A program made the translations under genes and the position numbers. A DNA stretch of 64,000 nucleotides, from contig JACOXT010000003.1 in NCBI GenBank assembly GCA_016182235.1, forward strand, positions 451,488 through 515,487, written 5' to 3'. Source of the DNA: Candidatus Levyibacteriota bacterium (GTDB lineage Bacteria; Patescibacteriota; Microgenomatia; Levybacterales; UBA12049). The first letter of the stretch is position 1, and every line of letters begins with the position of its first letter. This document shows positions 46,144-56,097 of this stretch, in pieces. The notes below the pieces were generated by a model, which worked only from the letters and a program-made list of their open reading frames with translations, did no database searches and was not told the DNA's origin.

Positions 46144-46516
46144 GAAAAAGATTATATGGTATTTCCTGTATTTATTTGTTTTGGGCTTACTGGTTTTTTC
46201 ATATTACTATTTTAATCTCTCAAAAAACGGAACGTTTATTAGTCCACTTGCAAAGAGTAACAACAAAACTCAGGATAACGTTGAAAAAAAGTTAAAAGAA
46301 TCAAGCATCCCATATTCTGAAATAGAGTCCAATTCCGATTCTTCGTACACTATTACATCTGACCAAGGAGGTGAAATTATTCTATCTTCAAAAAAAGACT
46401 TAGATACGCAAATATCCTCTTTACAAAGAATACTCAGAGAGCTTACAATGAGAGGAAAAGGTTTTAAAAATATTGATTTTAGGTTCGAAAAACCTGTTGT
46501 TGAGTTTAGCGAGTAA
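46109..46516 (+). CDS. ftsQ: FtsQ/DivIB-like small bitopic protein (putative)
   Basis: Basic N-terminus, one TM helix and a short periplasmic domain. Lies between murG and ftsA. Overlaps the murG 3-prime end by 35 nt. Confidence 0.4.
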   Translation: MSVKQRKSRNYRKKIIWYFLYLFVLGLLVFSYYYFNLSKNGTFISPLAKSNNKTQDNVEKKLKESSIPYSEIESNSDSSYTITSDQGGEIILSSKKDLDTQISSLQRILRELTMRGKGFKNIDFRFEKPVVEFSE

Positions 46517-46519
46517 ATT

Positions 46520-47800
46520 ATGAATGACGGGAAGATAGTGGTTGGAGTGGACATCGGAACTTCAAAAATCGTTACTATCATCGCCAGAGTTGGTGAATCA
46601 ATAAATGTTTTGGGTGTTTCCGAAGCTCTTGCCCAAGGTGTAAAAAAAGGACAGATAGTAGACATTAAGGAAGCGGTAAATTCTATAAATAACTCACTTG
46701 ACGGGGCAGAAAGAATGGCAGGATATTCTGTTTCTCACGTAGTCTCGTCAATCGGAGGAAGCCATATCGAATCCCAGAATTCAAGAGGAGTGGTCGCTGT
46801 CTCGACTCCTGAGGGGGAAATTGCGGAGAACGACACCCATAGGGTAATTGATGCGGCAAAAGCAATTTCCCTTCCGTCAAGCAGGCAAATAATCCACGTT
46901 TTGCCTAGAAGTTACGTTGTTGATGGACAGGAGGGCATAAAAGACCCAATAGGAATGACAGGGATAAGACTTGAGGTAGACACTCATATCATTACTGGAG
47001 CTTTAACATCTTTAACAAACCTTCAAAAAGCTTTTTCTCAAGTCGGGATTGATTTGGACGCGGTTGTCTTTAGCGGATATGCATCCAGCCTTGCGGTCCT
47101 ATCGGAAACAGAGAAAGAATTAGGAGCCGTTTTAGTCGACATGGGCGCTGGAACAACCGATATATCTATCTATGTTGATGGATCGGTTGCTTATTCTTCG
47201 GTATTGCCAATTGGAGCTCGCCACATAACAAATGATTTGGCAATTGGACTTAGGATATCTTTGGATAGTGCAGAAAAAATAAAAATGCACCTATCTAAAA
47301 CTGCAAAAAAACGCAAAATTGAACGGTTAGGTGAAACTTTTGAACCACAAAGAAACGTAGATGAGATAGATCTTACTAGCCTTAATCTACCTGAGGAGCT
47401 AAGGAAAGTTTCAAATAAAACACTTGTTGATGGAATTATAAGACCAAGGCTTAACGAGCTTTTTACAATGATAGGTTTTGAAATAAAAAGAAGTGGCTTC
47501 CTCGGCCAAACACCATCAGGTATTGTGGTAACAGGTGGAGGCGCACTCACGGTTGGGGTGACAGAATGCGCAAAAAGAACACTTGCAATGCCCGTTCGAA
47601 TTGGAATACCGACAAATATAAAAGGACTGATAGACGAGATACAAGATCCTTCTTTTGCGGCGGTTGTTGGGCTTGCAAGCTTTGGATCGACACTTGATGA
47701 AAAAAAATCACTTTTGCCTTTTGGCATGAACCTTCCTAATTTTGGTTTTAATAAAATATTTTCTCGCATTTGGGGCTTTATCAAATCTTTCCTACCCTGA
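46520..47800 (+). CDS. ftsA: cell division protein FtsA
   Basis: VGVDIGTSKIVTII actin-fold phosphate-1 motif, then VDMGAGTTDISI. Confidence 0.9.
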   Translation: MNDGKIVVGVDIGTSKIVTIIARVGESINVLGVSEALAQGVKKGQIVDIKEAVNSINNSLDGAERMAGYSVSHVVSSIGGSHIESQNSRGVVAVSTPEGEIAENDTHRVIDAAKAISLPSSRQIIHVLPRSYVVDGQEGIKDPIGMTGIRLEVDTHIITGALTSLTNLQKAFSQVGIDLDAVVFSGYASSLAVLSETEKELGAVLVDMGAGTTDISIYVDGSVAYSSVLPIGARHITNDLAIGLRISLDSAEKIKMHLSKTAKKRKIERLGETFEPQRNVDEIDLTSLNLPEELRKVSNKTLVDGIIRPRLNELFTMIGFEIKRSGFLGQTPSGIVVTGGGALTVGVTECAKRTLAMPVRIGIPTNIKGLIDEIQDPSFAAVVGLASFGSTLDEKKSLLPFGMNLPNFGFNKIFSRIWGFIKSFLP

Positions 47801-47847
47801 ATAGGTCATTGCAATAGAGTTTTATATATGTTAGATTTAAATCAATA

Positions 47848-48948
47848 ATGTTAATAAAGCCGCATACTACAAATTTCGCAAAAATTCGCGTTATGGGAGT
47901 TGGGGGAGGCGGAATGAATGCTCTTTCCTCAATGATGAGTGACAGTCAAATAAAAGGGGTTGATTTTGTCGCAGTCAATACTGATGCTCAAGTTTTACTT
48001 TTATCCCGTGCACAGACAAAAATACAAATAGGAGAAAATCTTACAAAAGGGTTAGGCAGTGGCGGCAACCCAGAAATTGGGAGGCAAGCAGCAGAAGAAT
48101 CATACGAGAAAATAAAAGAATTTATAGAAGGTTCTGACATGGTTTTTATAACTTCCGGCATGGGAGGAGGTACGGGAACTGGAGCTTCTCCTGTAATTGC
48201 GCGCGCTGCTAAAGAGATAGGAGCTTTGACGGTTGCTGTAGTTACTAAGCCTTTCGCGTTTGAAGGAACAAGGCGCATGGTTACAGCTGAGGATGGAATT
48301 GAAAGTATAAGAGGCATGGTTGATACGCTTATTGTTATTCCCAATCAAAGGATATTGGATGTAGTTGATAAAAAAGTGTCATTGCTTGATGCTTTTAGAG
48401 TTGCAGATTCTGTTTTGACCCAAGGCGTTCAGGGGATTTCGGATCTTATTACAATTCCGGGCCTAATTAATGTAGATTTTGCAGATGTAAAAGCGATTAT
48501 GAGTAATGCAGGATCAGCTCTTATGGGCATTGGAACTGGCGCTGGGGAAAATAGAGCACAAACCGCAGCTAGAATGGCAATTGCTTCCCCTCTTCTTGAA
48601 ATATCAATGGATGGAGCAAGAGGGGTCTTATTTAATATTACAGGAGGAGCGGATCTTACGATGTCTGAAGTTGATGAGGCATCGAAGATCATCTCAAGTG
48701 CCGCTGATCCGGACGCGAATATTATTTTTGGAGCTACTGTTAATGAGGCCATGAAAGACCAAATAAAAATAGCAGTTATCGCAACTGGTTTTGATCGCAC
48801 AAGACAAACCCTTAAAGAATTTGTCAAGCCGGTTGAAATTCCTAAGCAAGAAGTTAAAACTGATGAGGGGGGAGAGCCTCCACAAGAAACTCCACAACAA
48901 ACTGACGATGTGTGGGACATCCCCGCATTTCTAAGGCAGAAGAATTAG
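47848..48948 (+). CDS. ftsZ: cell division GTPase FtsZ
   Basis: Tubulin signature GGGTGTG (..[14 protein letters not shown]), T7 loop NVDFADV, and the C-terminal peptide DIPAFLRQK. Confidence 0.95.
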   Translation: MLIKPHTTNFAKIRVMGVGGGGMNALSSMMSDSQIKGVDFVAVNTDAQVLLLSRAQTKIQIGENLTKGLGSGGNPEIGRQAAEESYEKIKEFIEGSDMVFITSGMGGGTGTGASPVIARAAKEIGALTVAVVTKPFAFEGTRRMVTAEDGIESIRGMVDTLIVIPNQRILDVVDKKVSLLDAFRVADSVLTQGVQGISDLITIPGLINVDFADVKAIMSNAGSALMGIGTGAGENRAQTAARMAIASPLLEISMDGARGVLFNITGGADLTMSEVDEASKIISSAADPDANIIFGATVNEAMKDQIKIAVIATGFDRTRQTLKEFVKPVEIPKQEVKTDEGGEPPQETPQQTDDVWDIPAFLRQKN

Positions 48949-49020
48949 CTTCTAGAAACGACATTGCTAAACCACTCGGGAAAATAGAATTAAGCCAAGA
49001 ACTGATGTTATAATATATGC

Positions 49021-49512
49021 GTGAACAAGCTAAAACTTTTTGTTGTAAGTATTCTGGCCATAAACTTAATTGGGACAACAATTGTTGATTCACGCTATCT
49101 TTCAAAAAAAATATTCTTCCTTCCAAACGGCGCATTGGATACTACTTTTGAGTTATCTTCTACAAAAGTAAAAACAACAAAAGATATTAACCAAATAAAG
49201 AACGTTAATGTGATAGTTTTAAAAATTAACCTTAAAAATAATGCATCCTACCCTTTAACTAATATGAAATTAATCGTAGCAAATAAGGGGATTGATGCAC
49301 TTGAAACACCATCTGCTTTGCGTTTTACACATTTCCCTCCAAATACATCTGAATCTGCTTTTAAAGTACCAGATTTGTCGGCAGGAAGCGAAAGATCTTC
49401 AGAGATTCTTTTATACGCCAGAGAGAGAGGTACTTATTCAACGAATGTTATTGTTGAGAATGATGAAAAAGTAAAAGGCAGTACAGATCTTATCACCTTT
49501 ACAGCGGAATAA
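49021..49512 (+). CDS. hypothetical secreted/anchored protein
   Basis: 163 aa with a GTG start and an N-terminal hydrophobic signal/anchor. Preceded by an extended -10 element (TGtTATAAT at 49006-49014). Confidence 0.45.
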   Translation: MNKLKLFVVSILAINLIGTTIVDSRYLSKKIFFLPNGALDTTFELSSTKVKTTKDINQIKNVNVIVLKINLKNNASYPLTNMKLIVANKGIDALETPSALRFTHFPPNTSESAFKVPDLSAGSERSSEILLYARERGTYSTNVIVENDEKVKGSTDLITFTAE

Positions 49513-49517
49513 AAAGT

Positions 49518-51110
49518 TTAATATTGACGGCTGTCTGTGAAATTGCAAGTCCCCCCATGAGGGTAGTAATTGGTTTGTGACCTTTTTTTCATGACTAGCA
49601 AATATTGCAGATTATATACCACGGCATCATCTATGTCGGTTTTGCTGATATTATAAAATGACTGTTGTGCTACATTGTTTTTGCCCCATAAAGCAATACT
49701 TACTGGGTCAACAGAAAAATATAATCCCACAAAGTTAAGGGTACTTAGTAATAATAAGAAAAAAACAGGTATTTTTTTAATGTTTGAGGCAATGACAAAT
49801 GAAGCAGCAATAACAATAATTGGAATTAAAGGCAAAGCATATCGTGGGGTACTTAATACTGGAAATGTGAGCACGGAAATAGTATAAAACACAAAAAAAA
49901 TTATCATAGCAACGATTGTTTTTATCTTTTGATTTCTTTGTGAGATAGCCAATCTCAATTGATATGAGATTGTTTGTGTTTTTGCTAGAAAAGCCGCGAA
50001 AAAGATAAATATAATTAATGTCATTACCCAATAGACGCCGTTGAAGTTAAAATAGGTTACATAGGGATTAGGAGCTATCAATGCTTGCAGTGTAACTGTA
50101 GCAAGGGTGTATGCTAGAAGAAAAGACAATAAGAATAAAAGTAGAAACACTTTTTGTTTGTTTTTCTCAAAACTAAGTTTTATTTTTTGATGTTTAAAAT
50201 TTTTTATTGTTTGCGTAAATCCTATTATGATAATAAGCCAATAAACCCAAGTAAAATTCAGGTAAAATAATTGAAGGATATGAGCTTGAGCATATTGATG
50301 AAAAAAATTAAAAGTTAATAGATTATAGAATATTGTAACAAATGCTCCCTTACTAGCAGTTTCCGAAAGTATGTATTTGTGAAAAATTTCAAACCCATTG
50401 AATTTTACGTATGAATACCATATGAAATACATAATTATGGGGATAATTACTATGGAAAGTCTTAAGGCTTTTAGGAAAAATTTCTGTTTCTCCAAAAAAA
50501 AAGAGTACAGTTCAAGCAATAAGATAGATAAGGGCAAAATAAATCCTGTGTCTTTTGAGAGAGTAGTGAATGATGCAAGAATTGCATAGAAAATAAGTCT
50601 TTTTTGGGAATATGCAAATAGAGCTAGTACCAAAAATACAGTCACAAAAAAATCTGTATAGTTATCAAGACTATTTGCAACAAAGAGGGGAAAGGTGGCA
50701 AAAAGTAGTGATGCGATAATTCCAACCCCTTTATCAAACAATTTTTTACATAAAAAATATATGCCCAATATAGCAAGATATCCTAGCGTAAGGCCCATAA
50801 GGTGATAGCTTAATATGTTTTCTCCCCCAATAGTGTAATAAATACTTGATACAATAAATTTAAAAGGAGGGTGGAGTCCGCCATTTGTTAAATTTTTTAT
50901 ATAATCGTAAATGCTTTGTAGAAAGCCGCCCCTGAAAGTTCCTGTATTGGTGCTAAGTTCTGTTGAGCCATCCCAACAAGGACTTGTGTATAAGAAGGGG
51001 AAAAGCAAAAAGGAATACATAACTAAAGGAAGGATAACAACAAGATTCTCTGATAGGAATTTTTTGAAGTTTACAATAAAACTTCTTCTCGTATTTTTTT
51101 CTTTACTCAT
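49518..51110 (-). CDS. GT39/GT83-like (ArnT/PMT-type) polytopic membrane glycosyltransferase
   Basis: 530 aa with about 13 TM helices and an N-terminal periplasmic-loop pattern like PMT_2 proteins. Assigned by topology and family feel only. Confidence 0.5.
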   Translation of the reverse strand: MSKEKNTRRSFIVNFKKFLSENLVVILPLVMYSFLLFPFLYTSPCWDGSTELSTNTGTFRGGFLQSIYDYIKNLTNGGLHPPFKFIVSSIYYTIGGENILSYHLMGLTLGYLAILGIYFLCKKLFDKGVGIIASLLFATFPLFVANSLDNYTDFFVTVFLVLALFAYSQKRLIFYAILASFTTLSKDTGFILPLSILLLELYSFFLEKQKFFLKALRLSIVIIPIIMYFIWYSYVKFNGFEIFHKYILSETASKGAFVTIFYNLLTFNFFHQYAQAHILQLFYLNFTWVYWLIIIIGFTQTIKNFKHQKIKLSFEKNKQKVFLLLFLLSFLLAYTLATVTLQALIAPNPYVTYFNFNGVYWVMTLIIFIFFAAFLAKTQTISYQLRLAISQRNQKIKTIVAMIIFFVFYTISVLTFPVLSTPRYALPLIPIIVIAASFVIASNIKKIPVFFLLLLSTLNFVGLYFSVDPVSIALWGKNNVAQQSFYNISKTDIDDAVVYNLQYLLVMKKRSQTNYYPHGGTCNFTDSRQY

Positions 51111-51236
51111 TTGTCAATTTATATATCTTTCCAGCATCAATAGTCAATAGCCCTATTGGTTTTTAATGGTTATTTTATGTTAAATTTGATAAAGTCAGAG
51201 GCTTTACGCCTCGAAGGGGTATCAACGCTTTGATGT

Positions 51237-52429
51237 CTACGAGGTCGGGAGGCGAAAGCCTAATATTTGTAAAATTGATGAAATTCTTTGCGAGTTTTCT
51301 AAACCATTTCTGGCTGATTTTAAAATATAAGATAATACACTAGGTGTATCTAGGTCATTGTTCATATAGACTTCAAATTCTTTCTGTGAAAGAGAATCTT
51401 CTTTGTTTTTCAGATTACCTTCTTGGAAGTTTTTAATATATTCTTCGATAAAATTAACATTTTCCTGAGCTTTTTCCATTTCACCCTCAGTAAACTCCCA
51501 GGAACTCCTGTAATGATGGGACAGCAACATCCAGCGGATGGCGTTAGGGGAATATTTTTTTAGAAGATCAGAAATAAGAACTAGATTTCCCAAAGATTTT
51601 GACATTTTTCCGCCTTTGTATCTTACCTCTCCTGTGTGAAGCCAATATTTGGCAAATGGAATTTTGCCAGTTGCGCCTTCTGATTGTATGACTTCACTTT
51701 CGTGATGAGGAAATTTAAGATCCTGCCCTCCTCCGTGGATATCGATTTGTTGTCCAAGTGATGAGATTGCCATAGCCGAACATTCAATGTGCCAGCCAGG
51801 ACGCCCCATTCCAAAAGGACTATCAAATGAGGGAATATGTTTGGCTTGATTAGGAGTTGACGCGCGCCAAAGAGTAATATCCAGCCGGTGTTTTTTAAAT
51901 GGGTTATCCAGGTCTTCATCAAACTCTTTTGCAATTTTTAGCATTTCTTTTTCGGAAAGATGAGAAAGTTTGCCATATTGAGGAAAGTTTGTAATGTCAA
52001 GAAAAATATTTCCTTGGACTTTGTACGCTAGACCATTATTAAGTAATTGCGCAATTAAATTGATCATAGAATTAATTTGTTCAGAAGCTTTTAGATAGTT
52101 TGTGGGTATAATCCAATTGAGTTTTCCCATATCGTCATGAAACCTTTTTGTCCAGAAATCCGCAAGTTCATGCCAAGAAACATTTTGCTCTTTAGCACGA
52201 GCCAAAAGATCACTATCGCGGTCATTTATATCGGTTACGTTTTGAAAATTACTTTATATCCTTTAAGCATTAGGTAACGGATTAGGGTATCAAAGGAAAT
52301 GTAAGTGAAGGCATGACCTAGATGAGTAGTGTCGTATGGAGTTATACCGCAGACATACATAAGAACTTTTTTGTTGTAAAGAGGCTTGAACTCTTCAGCT
52401 TTGTGTGTTAATGAATTATACAAATGCAT
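51237..52429 (-). pseudogene. cysS: cysteinyl-tRNA synthetase interrupted by a single-nucleotide frameshift in a homopolymer (authentic pseudogene, programmed shift or assembly error)
   Basis: The N-terminal ORF (52235-52429) has the HIGH motif HLGHAFTY and ends ...GYKVIFKT*. The downstream ORF (51237-52205) has KMSKSLGN. The +1 frame reads ...[11 protein letters not shown], joining the two across the T4/A4 run at 52245-52248. Confidence 0.7.
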
Positions 52430-52452
52430 AGAGTTATTATATAATAATTTAC

Positions 52453-53154
52453 ATGAAAATTATGTTTGTCTTTGCGCATCCAGATGATGAGAGTTTCTCA
52501 TCAGGCGGAACCATTGCAGAGCTTGCTAAGAAAGGTCATGAAATAGCACTCATTACGGCAACAAAAGGCGAAAAAGGCGAACTAGGTGATCCGCCGATAA
52601 CAACAAAAGCGAATCTCGGAAAAACGAGAGAACAAGAACTTAGAAAAGCTGCCAGAATCTTAGGAATTAGAAGTGTTGAATTTTTAGGTTTTATCGATGG
52701 GACGCTTAAAAATTATGTGAAAGATCTTAAAAAGAAGATTTTAGTAATACTCATAAAAGAGACTCCTGATATTATTGTGACATTTGACAGATATGGAGGA
52801 TCTAATCATCCTGATCATATCGCGATATCGAATGTTACTACTACTTCGTTTAGGGAGTACATGAAAAGATCAAAGAAACGTGTTTGTCTATATCACACTG
52901 CGGTTCCCCGAAGCTATCTTAGAAAGTACGAGAAAACAAATCTTAGTTATACTGCATTTGGAAAAATGAGGGGAACTCCTGATTCTAATATTACAACAAT
53001 AGTTGATATCAAAAAAACGTACCCGGTTAAAGTTAGAGCTCTTCAGTGTCACAAGACTCAAAAAAAAGATGTTGACCGGTTTCTCAAACGTGTTTCGTAT
53101 GTAGACTTAAAGAGAGAGTTTTTTGAGTTGATTTGCGAGAATAGCTTGATTTAA
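52453..53154 (+). CDS. PIG-L/LmbE-family N-acetylglucosaminyl deacetylase
   Basis: The [17 protein letters not shown] and HPDH motifs are characteristic. Confidence 0.8.
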   Translation: MKIMFVFAHPDDESFSSGGTIAELAKKGHEIALITATKGEKGELGDPPITTKANLGKTREQELRKAARILGIRSVEFLGFIDGTLKNYVKDLKKKILVILIKETPDIIVTFDRYGGSNHPDHIAISNVTTTSFREYMKRSKKRVCLYHTAVPRSYLRKYEKTNLSYTAFGKMRGTPDSNITTIVDIKKTYPVKVRALQCHKTQKKDVDRFLKRVSYVDLKREFFELICENSLI

Positions 53155-53169
53155 GCTAATATTAAGTTT

Positions 53170-56097
53170 ATGTTCGAAGTTGTAGATCCAAAATTAAATT
53201 TCCCCAAGCTCGAAGAGGACCTTCTTAAAATGTGGTACAAAGAGGGAATTGTGAAAAAATATCTTCAAAAAAATAATTCTTCCAAGAAGAAATTTTCTTT
53301 TCTTGATGGGCCAATAACTGCTAACAATCCCATGGGTGTTCACCATGCCTGGGGAAGAACTTACAAAGATCTCTGGCAAAGATTTTGGAACATGAGAGGC
53401 TATAAGCAAAGATTCCAGAATGGATTTGATGAACAAGGGCTTTGGGTCGAGGTAGAAGTTGAAAAAGAATTGGGTTTGAAGAATAAGAAAGATATTGAAA
53501 ATTTAATTCCGGGCAATAAGTTTGCAAGTCTTGAGAAATTTATAAATCTTTGTAAAGAAAGAGTAAGAAAATTTTCTAAGATTCAAACCGAACAAAGCAA
53601 GAGGCTTGGATATTTTATGGACTGGGACAACTCTTATCATACCTCTTCGGATCGAAATAACTACACAATCTGGAATTTCTTAAAAATCGTCAATGAAAAA
53701 GGCTGGCTTTACAAGGGACGAGACAGTGTGCCGTGGTGCCCAAGATGCGGGACTGCAATTTCTCAACATGAAATTTTGACTGAGGAATACAAAGAACTTA
53801 CTCATAAAACAGTCGTTTTTAAACTTACAATTAAAGGGAGAAACAAAGAATATTTACTTGCTTGGACTACAACGCCCTGGACAATTCCGGGAAATGTCGC
53901 GCTTGCAGTTGACAATAATCTATCGTATTGGAAGATGGAAAACGCCAAAGGCGAGAAAATAATTATTGTTAATCCGACAGCAAATGGTGATCTTAATAAG
54001 GAAGCTATGCTTGTTAATAGGCTAGGATTAATAGAAGGTTATGTAAAAGTAGAGGAACTTAAGGGAAAAGATCTTGTAGGACTTGGATACGAGGCGCCTT
54101 ATGATAGTTTGCCTTCTGTTAAAAAAACCCTTGGGAATTATACGCATCGGGTAGTTGCAACTGATCCCCAAGTATTACCGATTAATCCAGCTGAGGGTAC
54201 TGGAATTGTCCATATTGCTCCTGGCGCGGGCGCGGAAGATTTTAAGCTTAGCAAGAAAGAAAAAATACCTGCAATTGAGGAAATTGACGAAAGTGGTGTA
54301 TTTATAGACGGATTTGATTTTATGTCTGGAAAGCATGTTAAAAAAGCAATGCCTCAGATTTTGGAGGACCTTGAAAAACGTAACTTTGCTTTTAAAATTT
54401 TTGACTATATGCATCGCTATCCTACATGCTGGAGGTGTAAAACTGAGTTAGTCTGGAGAGTAGTTGATGAATGGTATATAGCAATGGATAAAGCATTAAA
54501 GTCAAAAGTCAAAAGTCAAAAGTCAAAAGTTGAAGAAAATAAAACATATAGAGAACAGATGATTGAGGTAGCTAAGAAGATTAACTGGATACCTAAATGG
54601 GGATTAGATAGGGAACTTGATTGGCTTTCCAACATGCACGATTGGCTTATAAGCAAAAAGCGTTTTTGGGGACTGGCATTACCAATTTGGGAATGCAAAG
54701 AGTGCGGAAGTTTTGAGGTGATTGGCGGACGGGAGGAGCTTAAAGTTCGAGCATTTAGCGGTTGGAAGGAGTTCGATGGAAATAGCCCCCATAGACCATG
54801 GATTGATCAAATAAAAATAAAATGCAAAAATTGTAGATCAATAATGTCACGAATACCTGATGTTGGAAACCCATGGCTTGATGCAGGTATTGTTCCTTTC
54901 TCAACATTGCCCGCTGGTTGGTTTCCAGCAGATTTTATTACTGAAAGTTTTCCAGGGCAATTTAAAAATTGGTTTTACTCTCTTATTGCAATGGCAACAG
55001 CTATTAAAAATGAACCTCCTTTTAAAACAGTTTTGGGGTTTGCTTCAGTTCGAGACGAAAAAGGAGAGGAAATGCATAAATCAAAAGGAAATGCTATTGA
55101 ATTCAATGAAGCCGCAGGCAAGATTGGGGGAGACGTCATGAGGTGGCTTTACACGACTCAAAAGCCTGAACTCAATCTTAATTTTGGTTATGGACCCGCA
55201 ACAGACGTAAAAAGAAGATTCTATTTAATACTTTGGAACAGTTATAAATTTTTTGTTGACTACGCAAAAGCTTCTTCATGGGAATGTGGAAGAAATGTTA
55301 AAGATTTAACAATACTAGATAAATGGATTCTGGCAAGATTAACAGAAGTAGTTTTCTTGGTAAATGAATCTTTAGAAAGATTCGATGCAAGTCGCGCCTC
55401 TTTCGCAATAGAGGAATTTGTAGTGAAAGATTTTTCTACATGGTACATAAGAAGATCTCGAGACAGGGTTTCGCCAATTTCAGACGCAAATGACAGAAAT
55501 ACTTGTTTTTCAGTTATGTACGGAGTCTTGGTTACGCTTTCCAAATTACTTGCTCCTTTTACGCCATTTATTGCTGAGGAAATATTTAGAAATTTGGCAA
55601 ATGAAGAATCAGTACATTTACAAAGTTATCCGAAGGGCGACAAGTCGCTATTGAATAGAAATCTTATTGAGGATATGAAGAAAGTAAGGGAAGTTGTCGA
55701 AGCTGGACACGCAAAACGAAAAGAAATTGGGATAAGAGTAAGACAACCGCTACCCAAATTTTCAATTTTCAATTTTCAATTTTCAATTGAAGAGAAGCTA
55801 ATAGATCTTATTAGGGATGAGTTAAATGTTAAAAATGTTATTTTCAAGATGAGAAAAGGACCGTTTTCTGTGGAGTTCGATACGGAGATTACAAACGATC
55901 TTAAAAATGAAGGTGAGGCAAGAGAAATAGTTAGAAGAATTCAGCAGGAACGAAAAATTATAGGTACGACATTGAATGAGAGGGTAAATGTCACTTTGGA
56001 GAGTTGGCCGGCTTCATATAGCAATTACATTAAAAGAAATGCGTTAGTTGGAAGTCTCAAAAAAGGAGACGAATTTTCGGTCGCAAGGCAGAAATGA
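53170..56097 (+). CDS. ileS: isoleucyl-tRNA synthetase, type 2 (eukaryote/archaeal-like)
   Basis: FLDGPITANNPMGVHHAWGRTYKDL..GFDEQGLWVE matches the type-2 IleRS N-terminus. KMSKS-like HKSKGN present. Carries in-frame repeat tracts at 54498-54531 and 55757-55789. Confidence 0.85.
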   Translation: MFEVVDPKLNFPKLEEDLLKMWYKEGIVKKYLQKNNSSKKKFSFLDGPITANNPMGVHHAWGRTYKDLWQRFWNMRGYKQRFQNGFDEQGLWVEVEVEKELGLKNKKDIENLIPGNKFASLEKFINLCKERVRKFSKIQTEQSKRLGYFMDWDNSYHTSSDRNNYTIWNFLKIVNEKGWLYKGRDSVPWCPRCGTAISQHEILTEEYKELTHKTVVFKLTIKGRNKEYLLAWTTTPWTIPGNVALAVDNNLSYWKMENAKGEKIIIVNPTANGDLNKEAMLVNRLGLIEGYVKVEELKGKDLVGLGYEAPYDSLPSVKKTLGNYTHRVVATDPQVLPINPAEGTGIVHIAPGAGAEDFKLSKKEKIPAIEEIDESGVFIDGFDFMSGKHVKKAMPQILEDLEKRNFAFKIFDYMHRYPTCWRCKTELVWRVVDEWYIAMDKALKSKVKSQKSKVEENKTYREQMIEVAKKINWIPKWGLDRELDWLSNMHDWLISKKRFWGLALPIWECKECGSFEVIGGREELKVRAFSGWKEFDGNSPHRPWIDQIKIKCKNCRSIMSRIPDVGNPWLDAGIVPFSTLPAGWFPADFITESFPGQFKNWFYSLIAMATAIKNEPPFKTVLGFASVRDEKGEEMHKSKGNAIEFNEAAGKIGGDVMRWLYTTQKPELNLNFGYGPATDVKRRFYLILWNSYKFFVDYAKASSWECGRNVKDLTILDKWILARLTEVVFLVNESLERFDASRASFAIEEFVVKDFSTWYIRRSRDRVSPISDANDRNTCFSVMYGVLVTLSKLLAPFTPFIAEEIFRNLANEESVHLQSYPKGDKSLLNRNLIEDMKKVREVVEAGHAKRKEIGIRVRQPLPKFSIFNFQFSIEEKLIDLIRDELNVKNVIFKMRKGPFSVEFDTEITNDLKNEGEAREIVRRIQQERKIIGTTLNERVNVTLESWPASYSNYIKRNALVGSLKKGDEFSVARQK
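54498..54531. repeat. (AAAGTC)x5 hexamer tandem repeat inside ileS (encodes KSKVKSQKSKV)
   Basis: Seen directly: aaagtcaaaagtcaaaagtcaaaagtcaaaagt. Confidence 0.8.
55757..55789. repeat. (AATTTTC)x4.7 heptamer tandem repeat inside ileS (encodes KFSIFNFQFSI)
   Basis: Seen directly: aattttcaattttcaattttcaattttcaattg. Confidence 0.8.

Noticed and set aside
46156-46300. Alternative start for ftsQ at ATG 46156 (MVFPVFICF...)
   Set aside because: It is in a different frame from the long ORF. The ORF starting at ATG 46109 gives a basic N-terminus plus TM helix consistent with FtsQ.
47988-48920. Several minus-strand ORFs (118, 82, 163, 68 aa) within ftsZ
   Set aside because: They are antisense frames inside a certain gene, kept open by the GC-richer Gly/Ala codons of ftsZ.
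54498-55789. Possibility that the short tandem repeats are a CRISPR array
   Set aside because: The units are 6-7 nt with no spacers, lie inside a continuous ORF, and there are no cas genes.
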